DNA of 64,000 nucleotides from an uncultured bacterium (GTDB lineage Bacteria; Omnitrophota; Omnitrophia; Omnitrophales; CAZLUT01): NCBI GenBank assembly GCA_964562805.1, contig CAZLUT010000001.1, positions 32,574 to 96,573 of the forward strand, read 5' to 3'. Shown piece by piece: positions 8,301 to 19,500 of this stretch (position 1 is its first letter; each line of letters starts with the position of its first letter). The notes under the pieces were generated by a model. It saw only the letters and a program-made list of their open reading frames with translations, ran no database searches and was not told where the DNA came from. The position numbers and the translations under genes were made by a program.

Positions 8301-11300
8301 ATTCCTTATGGGGATCTTACTCCTCATTTGGTCAAAAGACTTTTTTATGACCATCCCGGAGCAGAAAATAATTTAGCAATGTTTCAAGCAACAGTGCCAG
8401 TAGTTGAATCTGCCATCGAAAAGTTGGGTGAAGTAATTGATGAGTATGCGGAGGAAGTTACGGCGAAGAGTTTGGGTGAGCTTGAAAAGCTTGCCGAAAG
8501 CATTTGGCCGGGAAATTTGCTTTCCAAAGAAGAGATGGAAGTAGCCGGGATGCCCTTTGCGGTTATTCGAGGCAAAAACTACTGGATACTTGGTGATTAT
8601 CTTTTTATTAACGAGGAAGAATGGACGGCCCATAAGGAAGAATTAAAAGAATTTAAGGATTCAGTAGTTGTCGCTGCTTTAACCAGAGGCGTATTGAGCG
8701 AGGCATTGGATTTTTACTATAACGTTCATACTCGTCTCGCGATTCTTTTGCTTCAAGCGCGTTCCGATCTTATTAAGGATAAAACAGTTTTGGATGCGGG
8801 AGCGGGCGATAGTGTGTTGGGTGCAGTGGCTTCGCGCTTGGGCGCCAAGAAAGTTATTGAAATTGAAAAAAGTGGAGAATGGGCTGCTGAAGCGAGGAAA
8901 TTAGCTAAGATCAATGAAATAGAAAATGTAGAAATTCTTGAAAAAGATTTTTCCGAACTCGAAGGACTTTCCGCTATCAGCAATATTGATATTGTTCTGG
9001 CAAGTCTTAACAGTAACGGAGTTTTTCAAGAAGAAAACTATATAAAGAATTGGCATTTTTTAATTTCAGATCTGATTAATCCGGATTGGTATTTCTTTCT
9101 TGGCGGCGTAGTAGAATATTCGGGTGCCGCGCAATGGGTTTACGATGTCATGACGCAAGAAAAATGGCAGGCGACGGTAGAGGCAAGAGGTTCTGAGGGT
9201 GTAAGGCGAACGCCTGTTGCTCATGTATTTCAAAATATCACAAAAGGCAAAAGTTTAGGAGAGGATGAAACAAGAAGGGAAGGACGCGCTTACATAAAGC
9301 GGTTGGCGGGCACCGTGCCATTTTTTATAGAGACTAAAGGAGAGATGATCAGCAGGCTTTATCAGAACACAACCTCTGATGAGGCTAAGAGAATGTTGCT
9401 TCGACCTGATGTTTTGCCCGTCTTATTCGGCATTAAGCCGGCTTACATTGCTTACACCGGAGAGCCGATGCCTGACCCATTATCAGAGGAAGTTTTTAAA
9501 ATGCCTGAAGTCCGAGAGAGTCTAGGATTACTTTTTGCCGGCAATTTTATTCTTTCGGTCAGACAGGTTTTTAATCGCCTTGAACAAGAAGGTGATTTTC
9601 TTGTAACACATAAGATTATCTCCAAAAATGAGCTGAATTCTTTTGTCCGGAACGGCCCTACGCCGGAATCATTGCGCGCCATTACCGATATTCTCCGCCA
9701 ATATCACGCCAATATTCCCGGCAGACACATTTTGCAGGGTTTTATTCTAGGCTACCCGCTGGAAGAAATTGTTTTGGCAGAAAACACAAGAGGCAAAAAA
9801 GACGAATTTTTATCGCAAGGCGGTATTGTTTACGAGGGTGACTACGGAAGCTTTGTGATGACCAAAGGATCCCGCGAGGCAGCTGAGCTGCTTTTACTCT
9901 GGGATACCACAGCTCACTATGGTTACACGGTTTTGTCCGGTGAACCGGATTTTGAGGAAATGATGGATCCAGACACCCTGAAAACCTTTAAAGAAATCGA
10001 AGGTAAAAGTTTGGGCGAGGAGCTGGTTTTGCAATGGGCTCAAAATATTTTTGGAGGAAAAGTAATACAAGGTGACGATGAAGCTTATCGTCTTTTCCCC
10101 TCCACATCTTCAAGCTACATACCGAACGTTGTAGGAATCCGTCTGCAAAAGATGGACGACCCGTCAAATGTTTCGATGAGATCCGTTATGACTCTGGCTC
10201 TCATAAATAGCGATGGATCGGCGGTTAAAATCGGGGGTTTTGATTTTGATAAAGTGACCTTTAAGGGACCAGTAAAAGCGATGGATCTAAGAGGTCAAAA
10301 ATTAGGCTCTCAAATGATGAAAATTTTGGGTGATGGGTTGGAAAAAGATGCGCTGGTCATAGTAGATGTTCGTCAGAAAGAGACAAATGAGAAGTTGTAT
10401 AGAGAGTATTATGTCGATCGATCGGGAGTCCTCCGGCGAAAAGCAGACGGTCTTATTATGGTGGATGGGAAGGCTGCAAAAGGCGAGATATCTTTTGAAA
10501 AGGTATTTAGCGAAACGCTTTGGGGAAAACTCTTAAGAAAAGCAGGGCTTGGTAATTTTCAAATCCTAACATCAGGCCGATTGCTAAAAGGGGTCGAAGC
10601 ATTAAAGTATCTTTTAAAAAACCCCGAGTTTCCAAAGGCTAATTTAAAATCACCCACTTATTTTATTGGAGCAAAAAAAATGACACCGGCAACCGGTAAA
10701 AGTTTGGGAGCGGAGGAGAGGGCCGAAGCGATGCGTCAGGAGGCTATTGATCGGACAAGAAAAGTTTTGGAGATTACAGGCAAATCGCTTGGTGAGATAC
10801 CAGCGGAAGAAGGAACGGCCTTTGAGAGAGCCGGGAGGCATATAAGATTTATAAGAAATATGTTATTGGCTATTCGAACGCTTGATTCGGGATCAAAGCT
10901 TTATTATGAATCTTTAGATAAAGAAGGAAATAAAATCGGAGTTGAAGAAATTTTATGGGACGACTGGGCGGTTCATACAGTGCTAAGTTATATGTCTGGT
11001 CTTAAGAGGCAGTATTCTTTTTACGAGGAACATCCAGAGAAAATAAAAATAGATCTGCGAAAAGGCTCTGAAACTTTTGATCTCATAGAAGAATTTGCCA
11101 GTTTTTTTAAAGATAATTTCCCTCCAATTAAGAGCTTGGCTGAGAAAGATCCATCTGAATATGCAGGTAATCTCCCCAAAAAAGGTGATGAGGCAGATCC
11201 GGTTGACTACAACCAGCTCGGACGTTATTTTGCAAGAGACCTTTTTATTAACCATCCTGAAGCTGAGGACAACTGGAGGATTTTTCAAGTTGCAGTTACC

Positions 11301-13583
11301 AGAATCAATGAAACCCTCCCCAAATTAGAATCCGCAATCAGGGAGCTTGGGGAAGAGCCGGTTGCTGGTAAAAGCTTGGGAGAAGAGGAGTTTCGAGCAT
11401 TCTATAAAGATAAACTCGTTCGTATTAGTGGAGAGGATGGAATTGGTGAAGTCGTTGGCGTGCTTCCAGCATATCAAATTGTACGAGTATCACATCCTAG
11501 CTGGTCTGCCCCACAGCAATTTACAGATGATGAGCTCAGCCGCATCGAGGTTCTTAGCGAAGAGGAGGTTAGAAGAATCAAAGAAGACGAAAGGCGGGCT
11601 GAAAGAGAGTTTGAAAATAAGTATTATGAAAAATATGTGACTGTTGATGGGCGTGACGGTATATGGCTAGTAACTCAAATTATTCCATCAGTCCTAAGCT
11701 TGAAATTAGAAGCTTTTCATAAGTCAGACGTTATTTTTATTATGGAGGAAGAATTAGAACAAGTTCGGGTTCTTGACGACCAGGAAAAAGCCGAGCAAGA
11801 ATTTAAAGCGCAAAAGAAACCGGTTCGGGCTAAACAGCCTAAAAAGATCCCTCAAAAACCCAAGCCAAAAGTTAAGAGGCCCGAAGAGAAAAAGGCCATC
11901 AAGACCAAAAAGAAAAAGCTGGATTTTGCAACTAGAAAGCTTTTATCTTTGGCAATCTTGGAAGGAGCCAGGGGGTTGGCCGAAAACAGTATCCAGCAAC
12001 AGCTTTCAAAATTACCATTAAAAGTTATAAGTGATATTAATTTTAAAATTAGGCAGATTGAATCTGATGAGGTTCGACCGCCTCTCAATCCTTTCTCATT
12101 AGAGTCTTGGGCGGATTCCTTTCCGGCCCCCAAAAAAGCTTTTCTCTATATTGAAAAAGTTCTGCAGCTTAAGGAAGTGAGAGAGGAGTTTGCAAGAGAT
12201 CAAAGATCGCCAAGCGTTGCCGGTAAATCGCTTGGTGAGGATAGAGAAGTTATTCTTAAAAATATTCTAGAAACTGTTTCCGGAGAAATGGTAAGTGGGC
12301 GGGATGAAAATTATTCACTCCATCTTATGACAACCGATTTTATTAGCCAAAGGACGGGATGGAAAACAACAAACGTCCGTTTTTATCTGCAAAAAGAAAA
12401 AGATTCGAATCTTGTATCAAAAAGGGCTATTTTGACTTTGATATTTCCAATAACCAATTTATCCAAACCAATTGATCTATATGAGATAAAGCTGAATTAT
12501 GTCGATTTTGAAGATGGAGCTGGAGAGCAAAATCTCTCGGAGCAGGGTATTGGTGTTCAATTATTAAAGCTGGTAACAGAGGCTTTACCGGTGGGCACTC
12601 GAGTGGCGATGACTATCTTGAATGAAAGCACTCGTGAGGAATTGCTTAAGATGCTTAAGGTTGATCAAGGCCGGGTGATTACAGCGGACAACCTTTTAGT
12701 TGTTGAAAGCGATGCGGGAGAAGGCGAGATATTGTTTCAGGATGTTTTTTCAAAGACAACCATGGGAAAGCTAGTAGGAAGAGCCGGTTTTAAAGATATC
12801 CGAATCATAGGGATAAGATATGGTCAAGAAGGAGGAATGGAAGGGCTTCGGCTGATTTTGGAAAGCCCAATCAAAAGCGATGATGGCCAAAGGCGAATGG
12901 TGAATCATTTTTTAATCGAGATGTTCGCGTCCGGCAAAGAACCAGTTACTGCTAAAAGTTTGGGTGAAGGGGAAGACACTGAGATTGTTCAAAGAGTAGT
13001 GACGAATATCGAAGAGTCGACCACTCCATTCTACGGATTACTTCCTGCTTCTTTTATTAATAATTTTGTTAAATCATTCGGCAAGGAAGTTTTTAATAAA
13101 CAAGCTGAGCTCATCTTGGGGAATCGCACGAATAATCTCATTATTCTTTGGGATATCGATATTTCAGAAACCGATAAGATGGATTGGTTAGAAAATAATG
13201 GTCTTTCAAAATATATTGGCAAAAAGAATTTGATTACAACCTCACTCAAGCGCGGTCTTAAGGAAACGAATGAGCTGAGCGCGAAGGTGGATATCATAAG
13301 ACAGGTCTTGAGTTCGAGGGGAGTGGATTCCAATGCGGTTGGCCTATTAAAGCCTGTCGCTTCAGAATTTAAAACACCGGTCCTGTCATTAAAATCGGTT
13401 TCACCCAATGCTTTAGCATTGCTCCATTATCTAATTCAAATAGATGGCGATTTATCGCAAGATTTACTCCGTATTTTTAAGGTAGATCCCAAAACAGGGG
13501 ATTTCATTGCCGAACTTCCGGAATATCTGGAAGAGTTGTTTAGGCAGTATGAGGCTCAGGTAGAAATAGCGAGGGCGGCGTAA
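5361..13583 (+). CDS. Giant secreted multi-module protein 1 (about 2740 aa). Modules: GHKL ATPase, receiver-like domain, H-box, SAM-methyltransferase, GNAT-like modules, a K/P-rich basic stretch and unknown modules, joined by GKSLGE linkers
   Basis: - Single uninterrupted ORF; ATG at 5361 (alternative TTG at 5355), preceded by a GGGAGGGAG box.
- Signal peptide ...FLIFCFLATSNAVANP.
- HATPase_c N/G1/G2 boxes (ELLKNSREA, DNGEGV, GMGIAASWQIIKRHGG) around 5800-6250.
- REC-like domain 7485-7830 (ILVAEDEE...DLIFADRSM).
- H-box AHDFKTPIG around 8085.
- MTase motif I VLDAGAGDS at 8787-8813.
- GNAT-like GIGVQLLKLVTEAL around 12550.
- Ten [TA]-G-K-S-L-G junction motifs. Confidence 0.8.
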   Translation: MRFLSNNKASRALTIYFLIFCFLATSNAVANPAFIQEETISPKKQTTKEEFLSELKLVESDLTQSRKRGEKDILISGLVERSRKIVGAKAASLGEVTPPEEIPLLHPANLEEIKERLEKELEGYLKPTFSIAPDIPETIWLGLYSGHLRAVLNELLKNSREAGATQVNLNFQMIDGKLIIKAQDNGEGVSYESLKKALLKAAQEERVIRNEDGILEVPFPRIADAKQILTTEEVLEFIKENEKLLPFISGLSVKGSFRGMGIAASWQIIKRHGGTMDYTTGPEGTTFTIQSPVSVKAKSLGSDFVIDSGRSYSFKDVEIEQRQYPVSSPASVVFPTVILEINNRAYEVGGENFLVITLANGKKIYWGGQHNLSYSFFFENFKEKAAELIEAGGVLWFHIDNHVDLGSYEEANRRSLDTGVWQKEIEHGYAHLSFANYMGYLLQTKVVSDLHRASSLEEIVEGKWAIDSPSVVDFDVDVILDNTGKTRLGLLEKAKLLSIFNQADVVFMTNSSELSAFNLGVPLHIDPHLAISTNAKFIQELALQSSLVAGKSLGKEEKKEISFSEINWNPFRKYGDWAGFFRGRTINQELDDIQEKAMAHLTMMYETALKEAKSFEMEELLEVAKDSARAKIEGMIAVRREGALENRLMDFVLRLNGSGVTLQTRELVKNYLKDFWDKASGVLSGREVFELEAQNAIRKASRLKVFRPIRTILVAEDEEVYLKDYKKVFERLGRDDIDVLYFPTRKKAITHLKTFGKEVDLIFADRSMVDEEEYKERLVAGLPADVDDGGLLIEEVRNKLNLKTPVVFVSGSRYGQNELDQFGNATQFSKAYLNPEHLGRLVQELIKILPEIPEPPDVEGLMSADKIKTHNDYLLDLLSFLGSLDRSEITTKINENLSPASWQAWVAHDFKTPIGVILQNVQLIEDYKKSDEAVPIKNIKRIIENYQKIKDALTVIDRAGEPIRPEYFDRLTHTGSKKDPIPYGDLTPHLVKRLFYDHPGAENNLAMFQATVPVVESAIEKLGEVIDEYAEEVTAKSLGELEKLAESIWPGNLLSKEEMEVAGMPFAVIRGKNYWILGDYLFINEEEWTAHKEELKEFKDSVVVAALTRGVLSEALDFYYNVHTRLAILLLQARSDLIKDKTVLDAGAGDSVLGAVASRLGAKKVIEIEKSGEWAAEARKLAKINEIENVEILEKDFSELEGLSAISNIDIVLASLNSNGVFQEENYIKNWHFLISDLINPDWYFFLGGVVEYSGAAQWVYDVMTQEKWQATVEARGSEGVRRTPVAHVFQNITKGKSLGEDETRREGRAYIKRLAGTVPFFIETKGEMISRLYQNTTSDEAKRMLLRPDVLPVLFGIKPAYIAYTGEPMPDPLSEEVFKMPEVRESLGLLFAGNFILSVRQVFNRLEQEGDFLVTHKIISKNELNSFVRNGPTPESLRAITDILRQYHANIPGRHILQGFILGYPLEEIVLAENTRGKKDEFLSQGGIVYEGDYGSFVMTKGSREAAELLLLWDTTAHYGYTVLSGEPDFEEMMDPDTLKTFKEIEGKSLGEELVLQWAQNIFGGKVIQGDDEAYRLFPSTSSSYIPNVVGIRLQKMDDPSNVSMRSVMTLALINSDGSAVKIGGFDFDKVTFKGPVKAMDLRGQKLGSQMMKILGDGLEKDALVIVDVRQKETNEKLYREYYVDRSGVLRRKADGLIMVDGKAAKGEISFEKVFSETLWGKLLRKAGLGNFQILTSGRLLKGVEALKYLLKNPEFPKANLKSPTYFIGAKKMTPATGKSLGAEERAEAMRQEAIDRTRKVLEITGKSLGEIPAEEGTAFERAGRHIRFIRNMLLAIRTLDSGSKLYYESLDKEGNKIGVEEILWDDWAVHTVLSYMSGLKRQYSFYEEHPEKIKIDLRKGSETFDLIEEFASFFKDNFPPIKSLAEKDPSEYAGNLPKKGDEADPVDYNQLGRYFARDLFINHPEAEDNWRIFQVAVTRINETLPKLESAIRELGEEPVAGKSLGEEEFRAFYKDKLVRISGEDGIGEVVGVLPAYQIVRVSHPSWSAPQQFTDDELSRIEVLSEEEVRRIKEDERRAEREFENKYYEKYVTVDGRDGIWLVTQIIPSVLSLKLEAFHKSDVIFIMEEELEQVRVLDDQEKAEQEFKAQKKPVRAKQPKKIPQKPKPKVKRPEEKKAIKTKKKKLDFATRKLLSLAILEGARGLAENSIQQQLSKLPLKVISDINFKIRQIESDEVRPPLNPFSLESWADSFPAPKKAFLYIEKVLQLKEVREEFARDQRSPSVAGKSLGEDREVILKNILETVSGEMVSGRDENYSLHLMTTDFISQRTGWKTTNVRFYLQKEKDSNLVSKRAILTLIFPITNLSKPIDLYEIKLNYVDFEDGAGEQNLSEQGIGVQLLKLVTEALPVGTRVAMTILNESTREELLKMLKVDQGRVITADNLLVVESDAGEGEILFQDVFSKTTMGKLVGRAGFKDIRIIGIRYGQEGGMEGLRLILESPIKSDDGQRRMVNHFLIEMFASGKEPVTAKSLGEGEDTEIVQRVVTNIEESTTPFYGLLPASFINNFVKSFGKEVFNKQAELILGNRTNNLIILWDIDISETDKMDWLENNGLSKYIGKKNLITTSLKRGLKETNELSAKVDIIRQVLSSRGVDSNAVGLLKPVASEFKTPVLSLKSVSPNALALLHYLIQIDGDLSQDLLRIFKVDPKTGDFIAELPEYLEELFRQYEAQVEIARAA

Positions 13584-16500
13584 TGCTAAGTGTGGTAAGT
13601 AAGTATAAGACGTTCCTAGCTTTTATTATCTACCCGCTTATCTTTTGCTTTCTCACTACAACAATTGCAGTAGCTTCCCCTATTTCACAAATTAAAACCG
13701 ATACTATCTCAGCAGAAAAGCAGACCCAAGAAAGAGACTTTCTTGAAGAGATCCGCCAAGTCGCGGAAGAGCTCGCTGAGAGTAAAGAGCGGGAAGAGGA
13801 AATAGTATCAATTGGAGAAATTGTTGAAAAGGTTAGGGGGTCCGAAGATCAAAGAATCAAAGCGATGCGAAAAGAAGCAATTGATCGGACAAGAAAAGTG
13901 CTGGAGGTTACTGGTAAATCTTGGGTAGCGCCGAGTTTGCCCGCTGTGGCTGGCACCGAGCACCGAGAGCTGAGCGTTACCGGTAAGTCGCTTGGCAGAA
14001 CAAAACGGCATGCTCTAATAAGTCAAGCCGCACGTGATATGCCGTCTTTTATGAAAGACAGGGCAAAAATGGTTCAGAGGCTTTACGAGAGCATTGATTC
14101 TGAAGAAGCTAAGCGAATCCTGCTTCGACCTGATGTTTTACCTGTTTTTCTTGGAATCAAATCTGCTTATCTTACTTATGACAGAGACCCTCTTATTGGC
14201 CCATTAAGCGAGAAGGTCTCTGAAGCTTCTGAGGAGTTTCACGACCTGGGACTGGTTTTTTCTGAGCGCTACGTTATCTCAATTGACTATCTCTTTGACC
14301 GATTTGAAAAAGAAGGCGATTTTCTTGTAAAGGAAAAGATTATTTCTAAAGACGAATTGGAATCTTTTATTAAGAGCGGGCCCACACAGGAGACGATGAA
14401 CAGTATCGACGGTCTTCTCGATCAATATCACGGTGATGTTCCGGGCAGAACTATTTTACATGGTTTTCTGATGGGTTATCCGCTGAGAGAAATTATATTT
14501 GCGGCCAGAAGTGAAAAAACTTGGGAAGGTTTTGTGAGCGAATATGGATTGCACGTCGTTAGCCCGGGAACCGAAAGAATAAATAGACTGCTTAGCGGCT
14601 GGGATATAGGAACGCATTTTGGTTATCTGACTTTGTCTAATGAGCCGGATTTTGAAGAGATGATGGAGCCTAGTGCGTTGAGAGTTTTTAAAACAATTGA
14701 AGGAAAAAGTCTTGGAACGGATGAGATTTTGGTGAAGCTTAAAAGCGCAAGGCGTATTAATGAGAATGCCAGAGAGTATGGAGAGATGACTTATCAGGAA
14801 GCGATTGAAGTTATGAAATCTTTGCCCGATGGATTATGGAGAGTTGAGGATAAAGGCGAGTTGTTAAATATTTTTAATGTTATTTTGGCGACCTTAGACA
14901 AAGCAGAAGAGACAATCTTTGAAGCTGGTGGAGCAAGCTTGTTTTATATTCATTGCACTTCCAGATTAGAAGAAGTTCTGGGGCGTTTACCCCAAGAAGA
15001 TCGGGAGGCAAAAAGGCTCGAACTCCTGGATTTGGTTAATACCTACATTAATCCTGTGGGAGAAATTAGTCAAAAAGCAGCGGCGCTTATCAAGGCAGTC
15101 GAAGGTTCAACAGACCGTTACCCATCATCTTTTGATGAGCCCGACGCTTCTTATGATGAACTTCTTCCAAAATTAATCTCACTTGTTAAATCTATTCATC
15201 CCAACGAAGATTCTAGGCTGGATCCTTATAATATAAAAATCAAAGCGCTTGAAACTATAGATGCAATTGTCCATTCGGGTTTTATAAGTGACTTCCGCGA
15301 AATTATTAAATTTTTACTAGCAGAGCTCAAAAAAATTGATGACCCTCGAAATATACGCACTTCCTTGGTAGAGGCGATTGCCGGAGTTTTAATCTCTATT
15401 TTGTATAAGCAGAATAATTTAAAGTACGAATATGGCGGTATTGATCAGGCTACGAATGTTAATTGGGCTCTAAGAAGGACGCTTGGCGCAGAGGGCGGCC
15501 GAGGGACAATATCTCTATTCGAAGCGTTTGGCTCCTTTGGCGACGTAAACAAAATAGTAAAAAGGTTGAGCCAAAACTTTGAAAAAGCGACAACCCAGAA
15601 GCAAAAAGAGAAGGCTCTTAAAGCAGCAGTTAAAGAAATAGATGCGTACGGGGAGTTTTTACAAAACGAATATGAGATATCACGTGTATTGGATTTGCTA
15701 GAATTTGGATTTGATAAAAAATTATCTAAGGATCAAAAGCTGAACAAAGCTCTCCATAAAATTTCAAATGTAAAAAGCTTTAGAGAAGCTCTTAAAGACT
15801 TGTTAGATTCAGTTACCCTTCCTGATAAACTCTCAAATCTCGGCACAGGCCTTTTTAAAGTGTTATCTTCAATAATTCAGGATTTTACGGAAAAAGCTCT
15901 TTTAACTGATGACTCTAAAGAATTAAAAACTATATTAAGAAATACTATTCAAAAAATGGAGGAATATCAGAATTTCTTGGCTGCAAAAGTAGCGCGCGAG
16001 GAGGGTTTGGAAGAGGAGGCCGAAGGCAAAAAGCGTGCCCCGCCAGAAGAGGAGATTTTTAGAGCAGAGGCGAAGAGTATGGGTGCCGCTTATTTGATGG
16101 TTGCTATAAAAAGTGAACCTGCTTTAGCCATAAAAGAGAATTTTGAAATTGTTCTTGAAGAAATCCACGATGCTAGCCCCAGGTCGGCAAGAGAAGCTTT
16201 GGAAGCCATACCATTTTTTATTAAAGCAAACCCTAAGCTTGCTACAAAAGAAGTCCTTAAAAATATTCTAAACAGGCTTTTCTTGGGATATTGGGATGAT
16301 GAACCACTAAAGCCTGATTCGAGTGTTTATTTGATCACACCAAATATTTTTATCCTCAGAAGTTTTTACGCGGCAGACCGCAAATTATTTAATAATGAAT
16401 TGTTCGAAATTGTCAAAAAATCCGCTGATGATAGCAATAAAGATGCCGTCGATATGGCTCTTCCGTTTTTTGCATCAAATATGTTTGGAATTGATATCGA

Positions 16501-19500
16501 TTTTGAAACACTTAGACCTCTGGAGCTTGCAATATCCGAAATCTTTGCCCTTATAGGAAAAGAAGTGTTTGTGTCTGAAGAAAGCACTAAGCATCTCGAA
16601 TCTATTCTTATCTCGCTCAGCGAACAACTGGCGGTGACTGAAGATGAAGTTGAGAGAGGAAAAATAATTTTGGACACGTTTAACAAGATGCTGGAGCTTC
16701 AGGAATTTATGAAACTGCAGAAAGCAAGAGCGCGAGGAACGCTGAGGGCCGAGGACGAGAAGAAAGAAGTCTCTGAAGATGAAATTTTTCGTGAAACGCC
16801 GAGCTTGTCCGCCGAGGCGGGCGCCATGCGTCCTGCGCCTCGCGTTACCGGCAAGTCGCTTGGTGCTGCTTATTTGATCGACGCTATAAAAAGTGAGCCC
16901 AGTTTGGCCGTAGAAGCAAACTTTAAAAAGGTTCTTAAAGAAATTCAAAATCCTGAACATAAAGAGGCAAGAAAAGCCCTTAGAGCCATACCATTTTTTA
17001 TTAAAGCAAACCCTAAGCTTGCTACAAAAAAAGCTCTTAGAAATATTTTGATGAAGCTTTTCTGGGGGTATTGGTTCTACGGCAAGCCATCGGCAGTTGA
17101 TCAGCCTATTTACTTAGTTAAACCAAACCTTTATGTCCTTAGAAGTTTTTATGAAGCAGATCGCAAATTGTTTGATGATGAACTATACGAAATTGTCAAA
17201 AAAATTGCACATGACACCCAAAGAGACATTGAGGATGTTGTTGCAGCGGTTCTTCCGTTTTTTATATCAAGTATGTTTGGTATTGATATCGATTTTGAAA
17301 CGTTTAAGCACCTAGAGCGTGCAATATCTCAAACCTTGGAAATCCTAGGTAATGAGGTGTTCGTATCTGAAGAAAGCACTCGGCATCTTAGATCTATTAT
17401 TATCTCGTTTAGCGAGCAGCTAGCGGCGATTGAAGATGAAGCTGAGCAGGAGCAAATAGTATTGGATACTTTTGGAAAAGTGCTCGAGCTGCAGGATTTT
17501 CTGAAAGCGAAGAAGGAAAGAGCTAAGGGTTTAGAGCTGGGAGTTGAGGGCAAAGAGAGGACGCCGCCAGAAGATGAGATATTTAGGGAAGCGCCGAGAG
17601 CGGAAGCAAAAAGTTTGGGGATGGAAGATGAGATTATAAAGGTGATTCAAGAGGCTCTTCATGTGAAAATAGAACGTCACATCCGAACCAAACTTATTGC
17701 CGAAGATGATGAAGATATTCAAAAAATTTATAAAAGGGCCTTTGAACAGCTAGCCAGAGATGATATTACCGTACTTTATTTTCCACACAGGAGAGCCGCG
17801 ATTAATTATTTGAGAGATTATGGCGATGAGGTAGATCTTATATTTGCGGACCGTGCAATGGATGACCGTGATGAGATCGATGAGAGAATAAAAGAGCGTC
17901 TTCCGCTTGATATTGATGATGGCACACTTCTTGTTAAGCAAGCTCGATCAAGGTTAAATTTAAATATCCCTGTAATTTTTATTAGCTCTACTATTTATAA
18001 TCAGGATGAACTCGATCAATTTGGGAATGCCACGCAACTCCCCAAGCAATATTTGGATGCAACAACTTTAGAGCACCTAATACAAAAATTAATTCAAATC
18101 TTGCCCGAGCTTCCTGAGCCGCCCAGTGTTGAAGAGTTGACGCCAGCCGAGAGAATGCAAGCTCATATACAATATTTAAGAGAGCTTTTTGAATTTTTGG
18201 GACCGCTTAAAAAATCCACCATTAAGGTGATAAAAAAGAAAGCGCTTCAATCTACCACCTGGTATTCATGGTTGTCTCATGGTTTTCAGAATGAGTTGTT
18301 GTCGATAGAGATTAGTATGAGGCGTGCCAGGGCAAGAAAAGAAAGGGGTCAAACTATATCGAGTGATACCTTGAGAAACCTTAAAGAAAGCTATGAAAAA
18401 ATGGAGCGTTCATTTGTTATTGTAGATCGCTTAACGAGACCCTACCGGCCTGAATATTTAGCCATGTTAACTGAAACAGGCAGTGAGGCTAGTCCAATAC
18501 CACACCCCAAGCTGCCCCTTTATTTTTCAAAAGCTGTTTTCGAAGATCATCCTAATGAAGCAAACAATCGGAAAATATTTCAAGCAACAGCGCCCATAAT
18601 TGATTCTACACTCAAAAAGTTAGGTGAGGCAGTTGATGAGTATGTGAGAGAAGCTGGAGGGGCGCCGGGTGTCACAGCTGCCAGCCTCGGTGGGATCGCT
18701 GATATTATCTCGCCTGAAGAAGCTGCGCCTTTAAGAATGGAATTAGAGGAAGGATTGATTGATGATAAGGCGCGCCTTAACTATCCTATTCAACAAATTT
18801 TATTGCATCAAGATATCCAACAAAAGAATAAGGAAATCGCATGGCTTATTAAGGTACGCGCCGATCACTTTCCAATTTTAAGTCAGCATGTCGATGAGCT
18901 TATAAGATTTGTAAACGATAATCCTGATTGGATGCCATCAAACGGTCTAGAACTATTAATTTTTCGTTTATTTGCGGGACATTCATATTCTGATTTGAAT
19001 AGAGAGAGCTTGGCAGCTTTCGATGAAGCTTTGCCCCCAGTTGTGCGTTTGTTAAGAAATTTTGATATCAAAAATTTGGTCAAGAGAGGTGTTACAACAG
19101 ATCGTGAAATATATCCTTTAAAGGTTTCTTCGTATTTTATAAATGATGCGAGCGAGATTCGTAAGCTAGGAAAAACCGCTCAAGATATTATTAAGAGAGC
19201 AGAAGCAAAAAGCTTGGGAGAAGAAACGCAAATTTTCGAGGACTGGCTCAAAGCGTGGGGCGATGTTTATGGGGAAAAGCTTGCAATTAATTTTGAGCCA
19301 GCCCCTCTCGGAGGGCTTGGATTTTTTGGTTTAAAAGATGAGGCCGGTGAGAAAGTTGCAGGAATTTTTTACAGTTATTTAAATGAAAATTTAATCAAAA
19401 TAGGTCTTCAAAGCACCGCAGACAATTACCGGAGAAAGCGGCTCATGACATTGGTGCATTTATTCTTATTAAATTATCACCCTAAAGTTACAGCTGTTGA

